The translations under genes and the position numbers were made by a program. The notes under the pieces are model-generated. The model was given only the letters and a program-made list of their open reading frames with translations. It made no database searches and was not told the origin of the DNA. 64,000 nucleotides of DNA from Limnothrix sp. BL-A-16 (GTDB taxonomy: Bacteria; Cyanobacteriota; Cyanobacteriia; CACIAM-69d): NCBI GenBank assembly GCA_041937175.2, contig CP166615.1:192001-256000 (forward strand), written 5' to 3'. Positions 41,601 through 49,954 of the stretch are shown here, in pieces (the first letter of the stretch is position 1; each line of letters begins with the position of its first letter).

Positions 41601-43582
41601 GCAACCCCGATCGCGCGAGAGAACTGTTCGAGCGAGCCAGCCAAGCCGACCCCAGTAATGCACCCACCTTGCAAGCCTGGGCGTTGTTTGAGAAAGAGCA
41701 GCGCAACCCCGATCGCGCGAGAGAACTGTTCGAGCGAGCGAGCCAAGCCGACCCCAGTCATGCACCCGTTTGGCAAGCCTGGGCGTTGTTTGAGAAAGAG
41801 CAGCGCAACCCCGATCGCGCGAGAGAACTGTTCGAGCGAGCCAGCCAAGCCAATCCAAGCGATGCACTCACCTTGCAAGCCTGGGCGTTGTTTGAGAAAG
41901 AGCAGCGCAACCCCGATCGCGCGAGAGAACTGTTCGAGCGAGCCAGCCAAGCCAATCCAAGCGATGCACTCACCTTGCAAGCCTGGGCGTTGTTTGAGAA
42001 AGAGCAGCGCAACCCCGATCGCGCGAGAGAACTGTTCGAGCGAGCCAGCCAAGCCGACCCCAGTCATGCACCCACCTTGCAAGCCTGGGCGTTGTTTGAG
42101 AAAGAGCAGCGCAACCCCGATCGTGCGAGAGAACTGTTCGAGCGAGCCAGCCAAGCCGACCCCAGTAATGCACCCGTTTGGCAAGCCTGGGCGTTGTTTG
42201 AGAAAGAGCAGCGCAACCCCGATCGCGCGAGAGAACTGTTCGAGCGAGCCAGCCAAGCCGACCCCAGTCATGCACCCGTTTGGCAAGCCTGGGCGTTGTT
42301 TGAGAAAGAGCAGCGCAACCCCGATCGCGCGAGAGAACTGTTCGAGCGAGCCAGCCAAGCCGACCCCAGTAATGCACCCACCTTGCAAGCCTGGGCGTTG
42401 TTTGAGAAAGAGCAGCGCAACCCCGATCGCGCGAGAGAACTGTTCGAGCGAGCCAGCCAAGCCAATCCAAGCGATGCACCCACCTTGCAAGCCTGGGCGT
42501 TGTTTGAGAAAGAGCAGCGCAACCCCGATCGCGCGAGAGAACTGTTCGAGCGAGCCAGCCAAGCCGACCCCAGTCATGCACCCACCTTGCAAGCCTGGGC
42601 GTTGTTTGAGAAAGAGCAGCGCAACCCCGATCGCGCGAGAGAACTGTTCGAGCGAGCCAGCCAAGCCGACCCCAGTCATGCACCCACCTTGCAAGCCTGG
42701 GCGTTGTTTGAGAAAGAGCAGCGCAACCCCGATCGCGCGAGAGAACTGTTCGAGCGAGCCAGCCAAGCCGACCCCAGTCATGCACCCACCTTGCAAGCCT
42801 GGGCGTTGTTTGAGAAAGAGCAGCGCAACCCCGATCGCGCGAGAGAACTGTTCGAGCGAGCCAGCCAAGCCGACCCCAGTAATGCACCCACCTTGCAAGC
42901 CTGGGCGTTGTTTGAGAAAGAGCAGCGCAACCCCGATCGCGCGAGAGAACTGTTCGAGCGAGCCAGCCAAGCCGACCCCAGTAATGCACCCGTTTGGCAA
43001 GCCTGGGGGTGGATGGAAAAAGAACAGGGCAACCTCAAACAAGCCCGGTCTCTGTTGCAACAAGCCTTGGCACTCGACCCCAGCAATGCCGTTGTTTGCC
43101 GCTCCCTCACGGAATTGGAAGTCGAGCAACAAAACTGGGAAGCAGCCCTCGACTATGCCAACCGCTCCATTGCTGGCAAACACAAAGAGGAACGATACCG
43201 GCGAGAGGTGGTGGCCTTGCGCGCCAAAATCCACCTCGCCTTAGGCAACCCAGAACTAGCCAGCGCCGACTTTCGCTATTTGGATCAAGCCCTGCAAGCC
43301 CAACTCGCCCAACAGCCCCACAGCGTGCCCTTGATGGTGCAACGGGCCCAACATCTGATCCAATGGGGCCAATGCAACCCTGCCAAATGGGCCGAAGCCG
43401 CCACCCTGCTGACCCAAGCCGCAAAACTCGCCAGCCCTAGGCAAAAACTCTATGTGCTGAACGCCCAAGGGGAACTGGCCCTAGCCCAGGGCGATCGTCG
43501 CAGTGCGATCAAATATTGGGACTCCGCCCTGCGCCACGATCCCACCTTCGCCCCCGCCCGCCAAAACCGTGATCGCGCCTAA
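38627..43582 (+). CDS. Caspase-like (C14) protease + P-loop (STAND-like) NTPase + HAT/TPR repeat protein
   Basis: KKALVIGI, YIASHG (His), FDFCHAG (Cys), LAAC; Walker A GRGGEGKST; Walker B VLVCVDE; sensor-like LLGTVR; more than 20 C-terminal 34-aa repeats. Confidence 0.88.
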   Translation: MPKKALVIGISQFDDVGFRSLTCDRDLDRISAWFKTQNYDVKIAPELYSQETQEIYPDPKGKLNYNNLRNELKRFLTETVRGCELAVVYIASHGCLKTDDNDEPVACLVASDTPKKKEDKNKTYLLASLAKLFETADVNNLVGIFDFCHAGAITDLIEEVEASFKRQKNYVLLAACHASESAFDTQEGGVFTTVLLEGLSPQNVDEKGRITAAKLCDFVRTRLGNSGQTARCLPGKELLAIGQYDRAEIETAQAATVDPKPERGLELPVGFRRVAELVAKAESIQPSQTQFYQATAPHWSDIKANCDAPRDLYAEVKQFVIDRLDPKYWAIDPLDDTFRLPPVPLGVIVGRGGEGKSTLLMRVAADLAAAGYEVWWREERLSGLNVTALATMPQPDRPVLVCVDELLSGDEEELLGGLMQLYRQSTPLVLLGTVRQELWRGQIEERAGGETEIAAFKFGALGPSELEAIVAKLEAANKLGELAKLEPAERVQHLLTKADGQLLILLCEVCDREGVKALVQRNLDALKSQNPNGELVVEACQYVALLHSFGLEMPHTHLGKLLNFKTDFEHIKKVLKRTQGFLEVRRTSEVDWFQTRHAYVADIMVEAMVKSLEEDIYDRISSFLTNAINEFQGELVQPFLKVLTSQWQLLQLDIELLRRVFGSLNKSSTVQKVILSIWANLEASLSNIEGARDLFRQAVEADLDDPRSLQMWADFEARQNELEQARKLLEQAVALNHQYRFAWTSLLKLERRCNNLERAREIFQLLWEQQPENISHLIDWIDFETQQRNWDDVRELLERATSLPGIHVGLFHRWIRLEKQQGNYAKALAICERALEQHAGNISLLLAEAILHRQSGNPDRARELFERASQANPSDAPVWQAWALFEKEQRNPDRARELFERASQADPSNAPVWQAWALFEKEQRNPDRARELFERASQADPSHAPVWQAWALFEKEQRNPDRARELFERASQADPSHAPVWQAWALFEKEQRNPDRARELFERASQADPSNAPTLQAWALFEKEQRNPDRARELFERASQADPSHAPVWQAWALFEKEQRNPDRARELFERASQANPSDALTLQAWALFEKEQRNPDRARELFERASQANPSDALTLQAWALFEKEQRNPDRARELFERASQADPSHAPTLQAWALFEKEQRNPDRARELFERASQADPSNAPVWQAWALFEKEQRNPDRARELFERASQADPSHAPVWQAWALFEKEQRNPDRARELFERASQADPSNAPTLQAWALFEKEQRNPDRARELFERASQANPSDAPTLQAWALFEKEQRNPDRARELFERASQADPSHAPTLQAWALFEKEQRNPDRARELFERASQADPSHAPTLQAWALFEKEQRNPDRARELFERASQADPSHAPTLQAWALFEKEQRNPDRARELFERASQADPSNAPTLQAWALFEKEQRNPDRARELFERASQADPSNAPVWQAWGWMEKEQGNLKQARSLLQQALALDPSNAVVCRSLTELEVEQQNWEAALDYANRSIAGKHKEERYRREVVALRAKIHLALGNPELASADFRYLDQALQAQLAQQPHSVPLMVQRAQHLIQWGQCNPAKWAEAATLLTQAAKLASPRQKLYVLNAQGELALAQGDRRSAIKYWDSALRHDPTFAPARQNRDRA
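41195..43030 (+). repeat. 18 x 102-bp intragenic tandem repeat
   Basis: AACCCCGATCG recurs every 102 bp from 41195 to 42929. Confidence 0.97.
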
Positions 43583-43645
43583 CTGATCGCCCCTAGCCGG
43601 TTGAATGGGGGATAGGGTCTCTACCTTGCACCGCAACCCGTGAGC

Positions 43646-45610
43646 CTAGATCGGAATTTCGATCGTGAACGTGGTTCCCTCCTGGGCCGTTGAATGGCAA
43701 CGGAGCGATCCTTGGTGCTGTTCCTGCACAATTTGGTAGCTGATGGCCAAACCCAGCCCCGTGCCCTGGCCGATCGGCTTGGTGGTGTAAAACGGCTCAA
43801 AAATCTTCGATTGCAGCGCTTCGGGAATGCCCAAGCCGTTGTCCTGGATGGCAATTTGCACCCGATCGGGCTGGCTGAGGCGCGTGATGATTCGCAATTG
43901 GGGCGCAAATCCGGCTCCCTCCTGGGCCCAGCGATCGCCCAAGGCATCGATCGCATTGCTCAACAGATTCATCAACACCTGATTGAGCTGATTGGCGTGG
44001 CAAGTGACTGGGGGCAAATCACCATAGTCCTTAGTCACTTGAATGGCCGGGCGATCGCCCTGATCAATCAATCGGTGATTCAAAATCATCAATGTGTTGT
44101 CTAGCCCCTCATGCAAATCCACCGCCTTCATGCTGGACTCATCCAAGCGGGAAAAATTCCGCAGCCCCAACACAATATTGGTAATTCGTTGGCAACCGGA
44201 TTGCAACGAGCCGAGCACTTGCGGTAAATCGGCGATCAGGAAGTCGAAATCCAGATCCTCCAGGCGATCGCGCATGGCCGGCGAAAGATTGGGGTATTCC
44301 GCTTGATAGGCCTGAACAATGCTCACCAAATCCTGGAAATAGGTTTCCATGTGGTACAAATTCCCCGCAATGAACGCCGTGGGGTTATTGATTTCATGGG
44401 CAATTCCGGCCACCATTTGCCCCAAGCTCGACATCTTTTCCGCTTGGATGAGTTGGGCTTGGGTTTGGCGCAACCGCTGGAGTGTTTCTTGGAGTTTGGC
44501 GGTGCGTTCTTCCACCTTTTGTTCCAAGGAAAAATTGGCCGCTTGCAAGGCTTCGGCCCGGCGATGGGCTTCCATGGCAATGCTGGCCAAGCTGGCGGCG
44601 GTGTTGATTACCTCTCGGTGATAGGCCGTGGGCTGGCAGGGAAACCGGTGCGACAGGGCAAAGGTTCCCAGCACTTCGCCATTGGCCGCCAAAAAGGGTG
44701 ACGACCAACAGGCGCGGATCCCATGGCTGAGGGCAAAGTCTCGAAAGGGCGACCAAAGGGGGTTGGTAGCAATGTCCGTGGCAAAGACCGGCTCGCCGCG
44801 ATAGGCCGCCGTGCCGCAGGATCCGGCACATTCGCCAATCATCAACCCATCAACCCCTTGGGCAAATTCCGTGGGCAGGCTGGGGGCGGCTCCGGCTCGC
44901 AGGCATTTTTGCTCGGGATCCAAGACCAAGATTGAGCAATAGGCTCCGGGCAGTTCCTGTTCCAGCAGTTCACAGAGTTGATTGAAAACGAATTGCAGCT
45001 TGCTCCCCTTAGCGATCGAACCGAGGACGCGGCTTTGGGTGTCGATCAATGCTTCCGATCTCCGCCGTTCGATCGCCCCCGCCAGCACATTGGTCACGGC
45101 TTGCAGGAAGTAAACGTCATCTTCCGAGAACGATCGGGGCTGTTCGTGATGAACTTCCAGCAGCCCCAGCAGTTGATCGCGGCCCACCACGCCCAGCAGC
45201 AAACCGCTTTGGCTGTTGGCGGGCAAGGGCAGGGGAAAGTTTTGTAAATCGTGACCTAAGGGCACATTCGCCGCCAGCAATTGCGATTCCACGCTGAAGA
45301 GCGATTGCACCAAGGGCACATTCGCCACGCTGACTTCCATGGGTTCGTTGGCGGCGGCGGGAATGGTGGCCACACGCCGCAGGGACTGGCGATCGGACAA
45401 CACGCGCCAAATGCTGCTGTAGGAAATTTTCAGCACCTCTGTCACCGCTTGCACAGCCCGCTCAAACAGGCGATCGAGCTGATTTTCCAGCAAGGCCCAC
45501 TGGCTTAAGGCTGTGATCACCATTTGTGAATTGCGATCGCTCAAGCAAGAGTAGGTCGCGCGATCGGGAGCCGTCAACGGAGAGTGGATAGCAGGATTAG
45601 CAAAGCTCAT
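43646..45610 (-). CDS. GAF-GAF sensor histidine kinase
   Basis: Two GAF domains, H-box AGIAHEINNP, N-box NLLSNAIDA, DNGLG, FEPFYTTK, GTGLGL. Confidence 0.92.
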   Translation of the reverse strand: MSFANPAIHSPLTAPDRATYSCLSDRNSQMVITALSQWALLENQLDRLFERAVQAVTEVLKISYSSIWRVLSDRQSLRRVATIPAAANEPMEVSVANVPLVQSLFSVESQLLAANVPLGHDLQNFPLPLPANSQSGLLLGVVGRDQLLGLLEVHHEQPRSFSEDDVYFLQAVTNVLAGAIERRRSEALIDTQSRVLGSIAKGSKLQFVFNQLCELLEQELPGAYCSILVLDPEQKCLRAGAAPSLPTEFAQGVDGLMIGECAGSCGTAAYRGEPVFATDIATNPLWSPFRDFALSHGIRACWSSPFLAANGEVLGTFALSHRFPCQPTAYHREVINTAASLASIAMEAHRRAEALQAANFSLEQKVEERTAKLQETLQRLRQTQAQLIQAEKMSSLGQMVAGIAHEINNPTAFIAGNLYHMETYFQDLVSIVQAYQAEYPNLSPAMRDRLEDLDFDFLIADLPQVLGSLQSGCQRITNIVLGLRNFSRLDESSMKAVDLHEGLDNTLMILNHRLIDQGDRPAIQVTKDYGDLPPVTCHANQLNQVLMNLLSNAIDALGDRWAQEGAGFAPQLRIITRLSQPDRVQIAIQDNGLGIPEALQSKIFEPFYTTKPIGQGTGLGLAISYQIVQEQHQGSLRCHSTAQEGTTFTIEIPI

Positions 45611-45859
45611 AGGGATTAAATGCGGTGGAGTTTCGATCAGAGTGCTAATGAAAATCTGTATTCACGAAAACGCCATTCACGAAAACGCCACTGACAAAAA
45701 TGCCTAGGAAACTCGTTAGCAACCTCAAGCATCCTGAAATTGTCCCAAGACTTTAATTGTCCCAAGACTTTTAGGCGTTGGTAGGCGGCATCGAATGCTG
45801 TGCAGGCATCCTCCCATGCGGCAGCGGTTTCGGTTGCAGTAGAACTCTTGCGCGAATCC

Positions 45860-45985
45860 ACCCTCATCCCCCAACCCCTTCTGCTCAAGGGGGGACGAAG
45901 AGGATTGAGACATGGTGAGTCAGAGCGATCCCGTTTTTGGTGATCTAGTCCCTTTGCTGATTGGGGAGAGAGGTTTGGGTGCGGG
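45860..45985. repeat. Degenerate REP-like inverted repeat
   Basis: CCCTCATCCCCCAACCCCTTCT ... GGGGAGAGAGGTTTGGGTGCGGG. Confidence 0.45.
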
Positions 45986-46222
45986 TCTTGATTGGTGCAA
46001 GAGGTCTAATGGCGATCGTTCGCAAATCATGTGGTTTGCAAACAAAGGGTACGGACTGCCCTGATGAGGGCTTACGGTAGCGGCTAAAGGCGAAAAACTC
46101 GGGAATAAGCTCTCAAAGGCAAAAAATTCTTAAAAATAGGGAATATTCGTGAAAAATTGGTTACGAAGGCTACCCAATGCGGCCTAGCTGGCGCACGATC
46201 GCCGACCTGATCAGTGCGAACC

Positions 46223-49200
46223 CTAGCGGTTGAGCAGCCATTTTTGGATTAATTCCATCAGGTGCTTCAGGCGCATGGGCTTGCTGAGGTAATCGTTGGC
46301 CCCCGCTTGCAGACAACGCTCCTGATCGCCCGGCATGGTCAGGGCCGTGAGGGCAATAATTGGCACATTTGCCAGTCCCTCATCCTTGCGAATTTGCCGC
46401 ATCGCTTCAATGCCATCAACCCCAGGCATTTGGATATCCATCACAATCAGGTCAGGGTGCTCCAGGGTGGCCAGGGTCACGGCGGCCGCCCCGTCCCGAG
46501 CCACCAACAGTCGATAGCCCTTCGTATCCAAGTAAGACGACACGGTGACAATGTTCGCTTCATTGTCTTCCACCAGCAAAATCAGGGGCGCGGACTCGGG
46601 CCCCTCCAGCAGCGAAGTGGTTTCTGTTACCTCAGCCCCTTGGCCGCTCACCGCTGACGCTGACACGGCCTGTGTGAGGGGCAAGGTAAAGGAAAAACAA
46701 CTGCCCTGGCCCAGGGTGCTGGTGACGTTCACCATGCCCCCATGGAGATTCACAATTCGTTTGACCAGGGCCAGGCCCAAGCCGGTTCCCTCATATTGCC
46801 GGTTCAAGGCACTATCCACCTGAATGAAGGGCTGAAAGAGCCGTTTCAGGTTTTCTTCGCTGATGCCGATGCCGGTGTCGGTGACGCTGAATCGCAGGGC
46901 TTCGTAGAGGGTTTGGCTGTCGGGGTCGGGCTGGGCGATCGCGCCTTCTAGGTTGGAATAGCCCACCTCCAGCAAGATTGAGCCGCCTTCGGAGGTGAAC
47001 TTCACCGCATTATTTAACAGATTGATCAACACCTGTCGCACCCGTCGCTCGTCAATGCGGATGGGCGGAAAGTCTCGGGGTAATTTGGTGCTCAGGCGAA
47101 TTCGTTTTTCCAAGGCCTGTTGTTTCACAAAGGCCAAACTGGACTCGCAAAGGGGGTGAATTTCCACATCGTTGTAGGCCAATTCCACTCGCCCGGCTTC
47201 AATTTTAGCCAGATCCAGAATGTCGTTAATCAGGGACAGCAAATGATTGCCGCTGCGTTCAATGATTTGCAGCACTTTGATTTGTTGATCGGAAACGGAG
47301 CCAAACACATTCTCTTGCAGCCCTTCCACAATGCCCAAAATGGCGTTGAGCGGGGTTCGTAATTCATGGCTCATGTTGGCCAAGAATTCATCCTTGAGGC
47401 GGGTGGCGCGGGCCAATTCCTCGTTGTTGAGGGCAAGCTGTTGGTTGCGCTCGGTGAGTTGCGCTTGGGCGGCTTGCCGCTGGGTCAGTTCCTGTTGCAG
47501 TCGATCGACCAAGGTGGCTTGCTGAATTGCGATCGCCAATTGGTTAGCAATTTGTTGCAGTAACTGAGCCTCAGATTCTTGCCAAACCCGCTTTTGATGG
47601 CAGGCATGAACCACCAAAACGCCCCAGAGTTTATTGGGCACAGTGGGAGCAACCCAACGGTGATCTTCGTGGGCAAAGGCTTCCTGCAAAATCGGAGCCA
47701 CAATTTTGGATTGGATCTGACCTTCTTGAGAATATTCTCGTAGGCAATCGGTCCAGCGATCGTCCATCACATCGGCTACAATTCGGGACTTGCCTTGCCA
47801 GTACCACTCCAAGATTTCCGAAGACCAAACTTCATCTTCCCAATGGCGATCCTTGAGGTGAACTAATCCTTCAAGGACGGTTTCTTCAACGATCGCGCTG
47901 CGGCCATCATCAAATAGTTGAAACACAATCACCCGATCGCACTGCATCACCGCCTGCACCTGTTGGGTGACGGTGTGCAAAATATGATTGAGGTTTAAAG
48001 ATTGCCGAATGCGTTCGGTAATTTGTGCCAGAACAGTTTGTTCCTGTAACTGGCGGCTGATGCGTAATTCGGCCTGTTGGCGCACCTCTAGTTCTTGCTG
48101 CACTTGGTGATAGAGACTGGACTGCTGAATGGCGATCGCCAATTGATTAGAAAGCCGGTGGGCTAATTCCACCTCATCTGGCAACCAATGACGCGGGCGA
48201 TCGCACTGATGAATGCACAGCAATCCCCACAGCTCCGAACCACAAAGCAGCGGCATCACCAAATTAGCCCGCACTTCAAACTGGGCCAAAATATCGCTGT
48301 GGCATTTGGTGAGACCATTGCTGTAAATGTCATCCACCACAAAGTAGCGACCATTGGCATAAAGCTGGGAATAATTATCCCCAAAACAGTGATCATGAAT
48401 GCGAAGACTGAGGGCAGAAGAATAGGGCGCAATCACCGACTCCGCCACAAAACAGCCGTCGTCGTAGTCTGTTTGGGGATAAAATTGAAAAATTCCAACT
48501 CGATCGGCTTGCAGCACGGCTCGAATTTCATTACAAGCCACATCAAAAATGGTTTGTAAATCCAAAGATTGCCGAATTCGTTCAGCAATCATGAGCGCCA
48601 AATGCTCACTTTCGGCTTGTTTTTTTAAGGTAGCCTCGGCCTGCTTCCGCCTTGTAATTTCCTGGGCGGTTCCCAAGATACCTAAAATTTGGCCGTGAGC
48701 ATCTTTGAGTGGGATTTTGTTGGTTTCTAACCAAATCGTTGAGCCATCCACCAAGCCATATTCCCGTTCGCAGCGGAGGGTCGCTTCCCCCGATCTCAAA
48801 ACTTGTCGATCTTCTTCTTGAATCTGTGCCAAGGTTTCCGAATCCCAAGGCAGTTGATCATCTCCAACCCCAACTAATTCCTCGGCAGAACTTAAGCCAA
48901 TGGTTGTGGCGCTGTAGTTATTAATGCCTTGATATTTCAGGTGCTGATCTTTCCAAAAAACAGCGATCGGAACCGTATCCAAAATGCCTTGCAGGAGTTG
49001 TTGGGATGCATGGCACTCGCGCTCAGCCTGTTTTTGGGCGCTGATATCACGACAAACGCAAATTAACAATCCATCGTCTGTGACGGTGAGGGATAAGCCC
49101 TCATCAAAACTACTCCCATCTGGCCGTTGGGCAATGGCTTCCCCTTGCCAAGCCCGATCGCGGATCAAAATTGGAAAAACTTCCCGCTTAAAGCGGTCTA

Positions 49201-49954
49201 ATTCTGCCTCGCCGTAGAGACTGCGCCAAGACTTTCCCAGGAGCTGTTCTGGGCTGTCATACCCAAACATGTCCAAATGGGATTGATTGAGGTAAACGTA
49301 AGTATCTTCCTTGAGAATGGCGATCCCATCTTTGGCGCATTCAATAGCGGCCAATTGCTGCTTCAAAATTGTGTTCAGGTGTTGTCGATCACTAACATCC
49401 AGGGATGGATGGGAATGCTGATTAGCAGATAATGTAGAGAACGGAGATAGTTGAGAGAGTTCAGTCTCTGGTTTGGGTTCTAGCTCGATTTTTTGCTCGA
49501 TTACCTGTTTGGCCAAGTTGTGATGCAAGAGCACAGCGGCCACTGTTTTGCGAAGGGCTAAGCCGGTTAGATGCTCTTTAACTAAATAATCCATGGCCCC
49601 CAGTTTCAGGGCCTGTTCCGCCAAGGATTCTTGGTGGGCTTGAATCAACACAATTACCGGCAGTGGCAATTGACGTTTGATGCCCTCATGGAGACTTTCA
49701 AGCACGTGAATGCCCGTGCGATCGATCAAATCTAACAGCACCACATCGGGCCGGTGCGATCGCCACCACTCAACACCCTGCTCGCGACTTGGCGGAACCA
49801 GAATTTCATATTGCCGATGAAAATCACTCTGCAAGATCGCTTGCAAATAACTGGTATAAACTTTTACTTCGCTCTTGGAGGCCCCAATTAATAAAACTTT
49901 TGTCGGTGATTGCATCGGCGGAATGACAGCGGTATTGAGGCGTAGTTGGCTCAT
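46223..49954 (-). CDS. Hybrid sensor kinase REC-PAS-PAS-GAF-GAF-HisKA-HATPase-REC with two cyanobacteriochrome GAFs
   Basis: GAF1 HDHCF...KCH; GAF2 WEDEVW...WTDCL; SHELRTPL; NLLNNAVKFT; C-terminal VEDN...MDIQMP...SKP. Confidence 0.92.
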   Translation of the reverse strand: MSQLRLNTAVIPPMQSPTKVLLIGASKSEVKVYTSYLQAILQSDFHRQYEILVPPSREQGVEWWRSHRPDVVLLDLIDRTGIHVLESLHEGIKRQLPLPVIVLIQAHQESLAEQALKLGAMDYLVKEHLTGLALRKTVAAVLLHHNLAKQVIEQKIELEPKPETELSQLSPFSTLSANQHSHPSLDVSDRQHLNTILKQQLAAIECAKDGIAILKEDTYVYLNQSHLDMFGYDSPEQLLGKSWRSLYGEAELDRFKREVFPILIRDRAWQGEAIAQRPDGSSFDEGLSLTVTDDGLLICVCRDISAQKQAERECHASQQLLQGILDTVPIAVFWKDQHLKYQGINNYSATTIGLSSAEELVGVGDDQLPWDSETLAQIQEEDRQVLRSGEATLRCEREYGLVDGSTIWLETNKIPLKDAHGQILGILGTAQEITRRKQAEATLKKQAESEHLALMIAERIRQSLDLQTIFDVACNEIRAVLQADRVGIFQFYPQTDYDDGCFVAESVIAPYSSALSLRIHDHCFGDNYSQLYANGRYFVVDDIYSNGLTKCHSDILAQFEVRANLVMPLLCGSELWGLLCIHQCDRPRHWLPDEVELAHRLSNQLAIAIQQSSLYHQVQQELEVRQQAELRISRQLQEQTVLAQITERIRQSLNLNHILHTVTQQVQAVMQCDRVIVFQLFDDGRSAIVEETVLEGLVHLKDRHWEDEVWSSEILEWYWQGKSRIVADVMDDRWTDCLREYSQEGQIQSKIVAPILQEAFAHEDHRWVAPTVPNKLWGVLVVHACHQKRVWQESEAQLLQQIANQLAIAIQQATLVDRLQQELTQRQAAQAQLTERNQQLALNNEELARATRLKDEFLANMSHELRTPLNAILGIVEGLQENVFGSVSDQQIKVLQIIERSGNHLLSLINDILDLAKIEAGRVELAYNDVEIHPLCESSLAFVKQQALEKRIRLSTKLPRDFPPIRIDERRVRQVLINLLNNAVKFTSEGGSILLEVGYSNLEGAIAQPDPDSQTLYEALRFSVTDTGIGISEENLKRLFQPFIQVDSALNRQYEGTGLGLALVKRIVNLHGGMVNVTSTLGQGSCFSFTLPLTQAVSASAVSGQGAEVTETTSLLEGPESAPLILLVEDNEANIVTVSSYLDTKGYRLLVARDGAAAVTLATLEHPDLIVMDIQMPGVDGIEAMRQIRKDEGLANVPIIALTALTMPGDQERCLQAGANDYLSKPMRLKHLMELIQKWLLNR

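Noticed and set aside
41195..43030. CRISPR array
   Set aside because: Units are contiguous, in-frame 102-bp coding repeats with only a few recurring variants; no unique spacers and no cas genes.
41129..43244. 701-aa alternative-frame and antisense ORFs over the repeat array
   Set aside because: A stop-free repeat unit propagates open frames; there is no independent evidence of coding.
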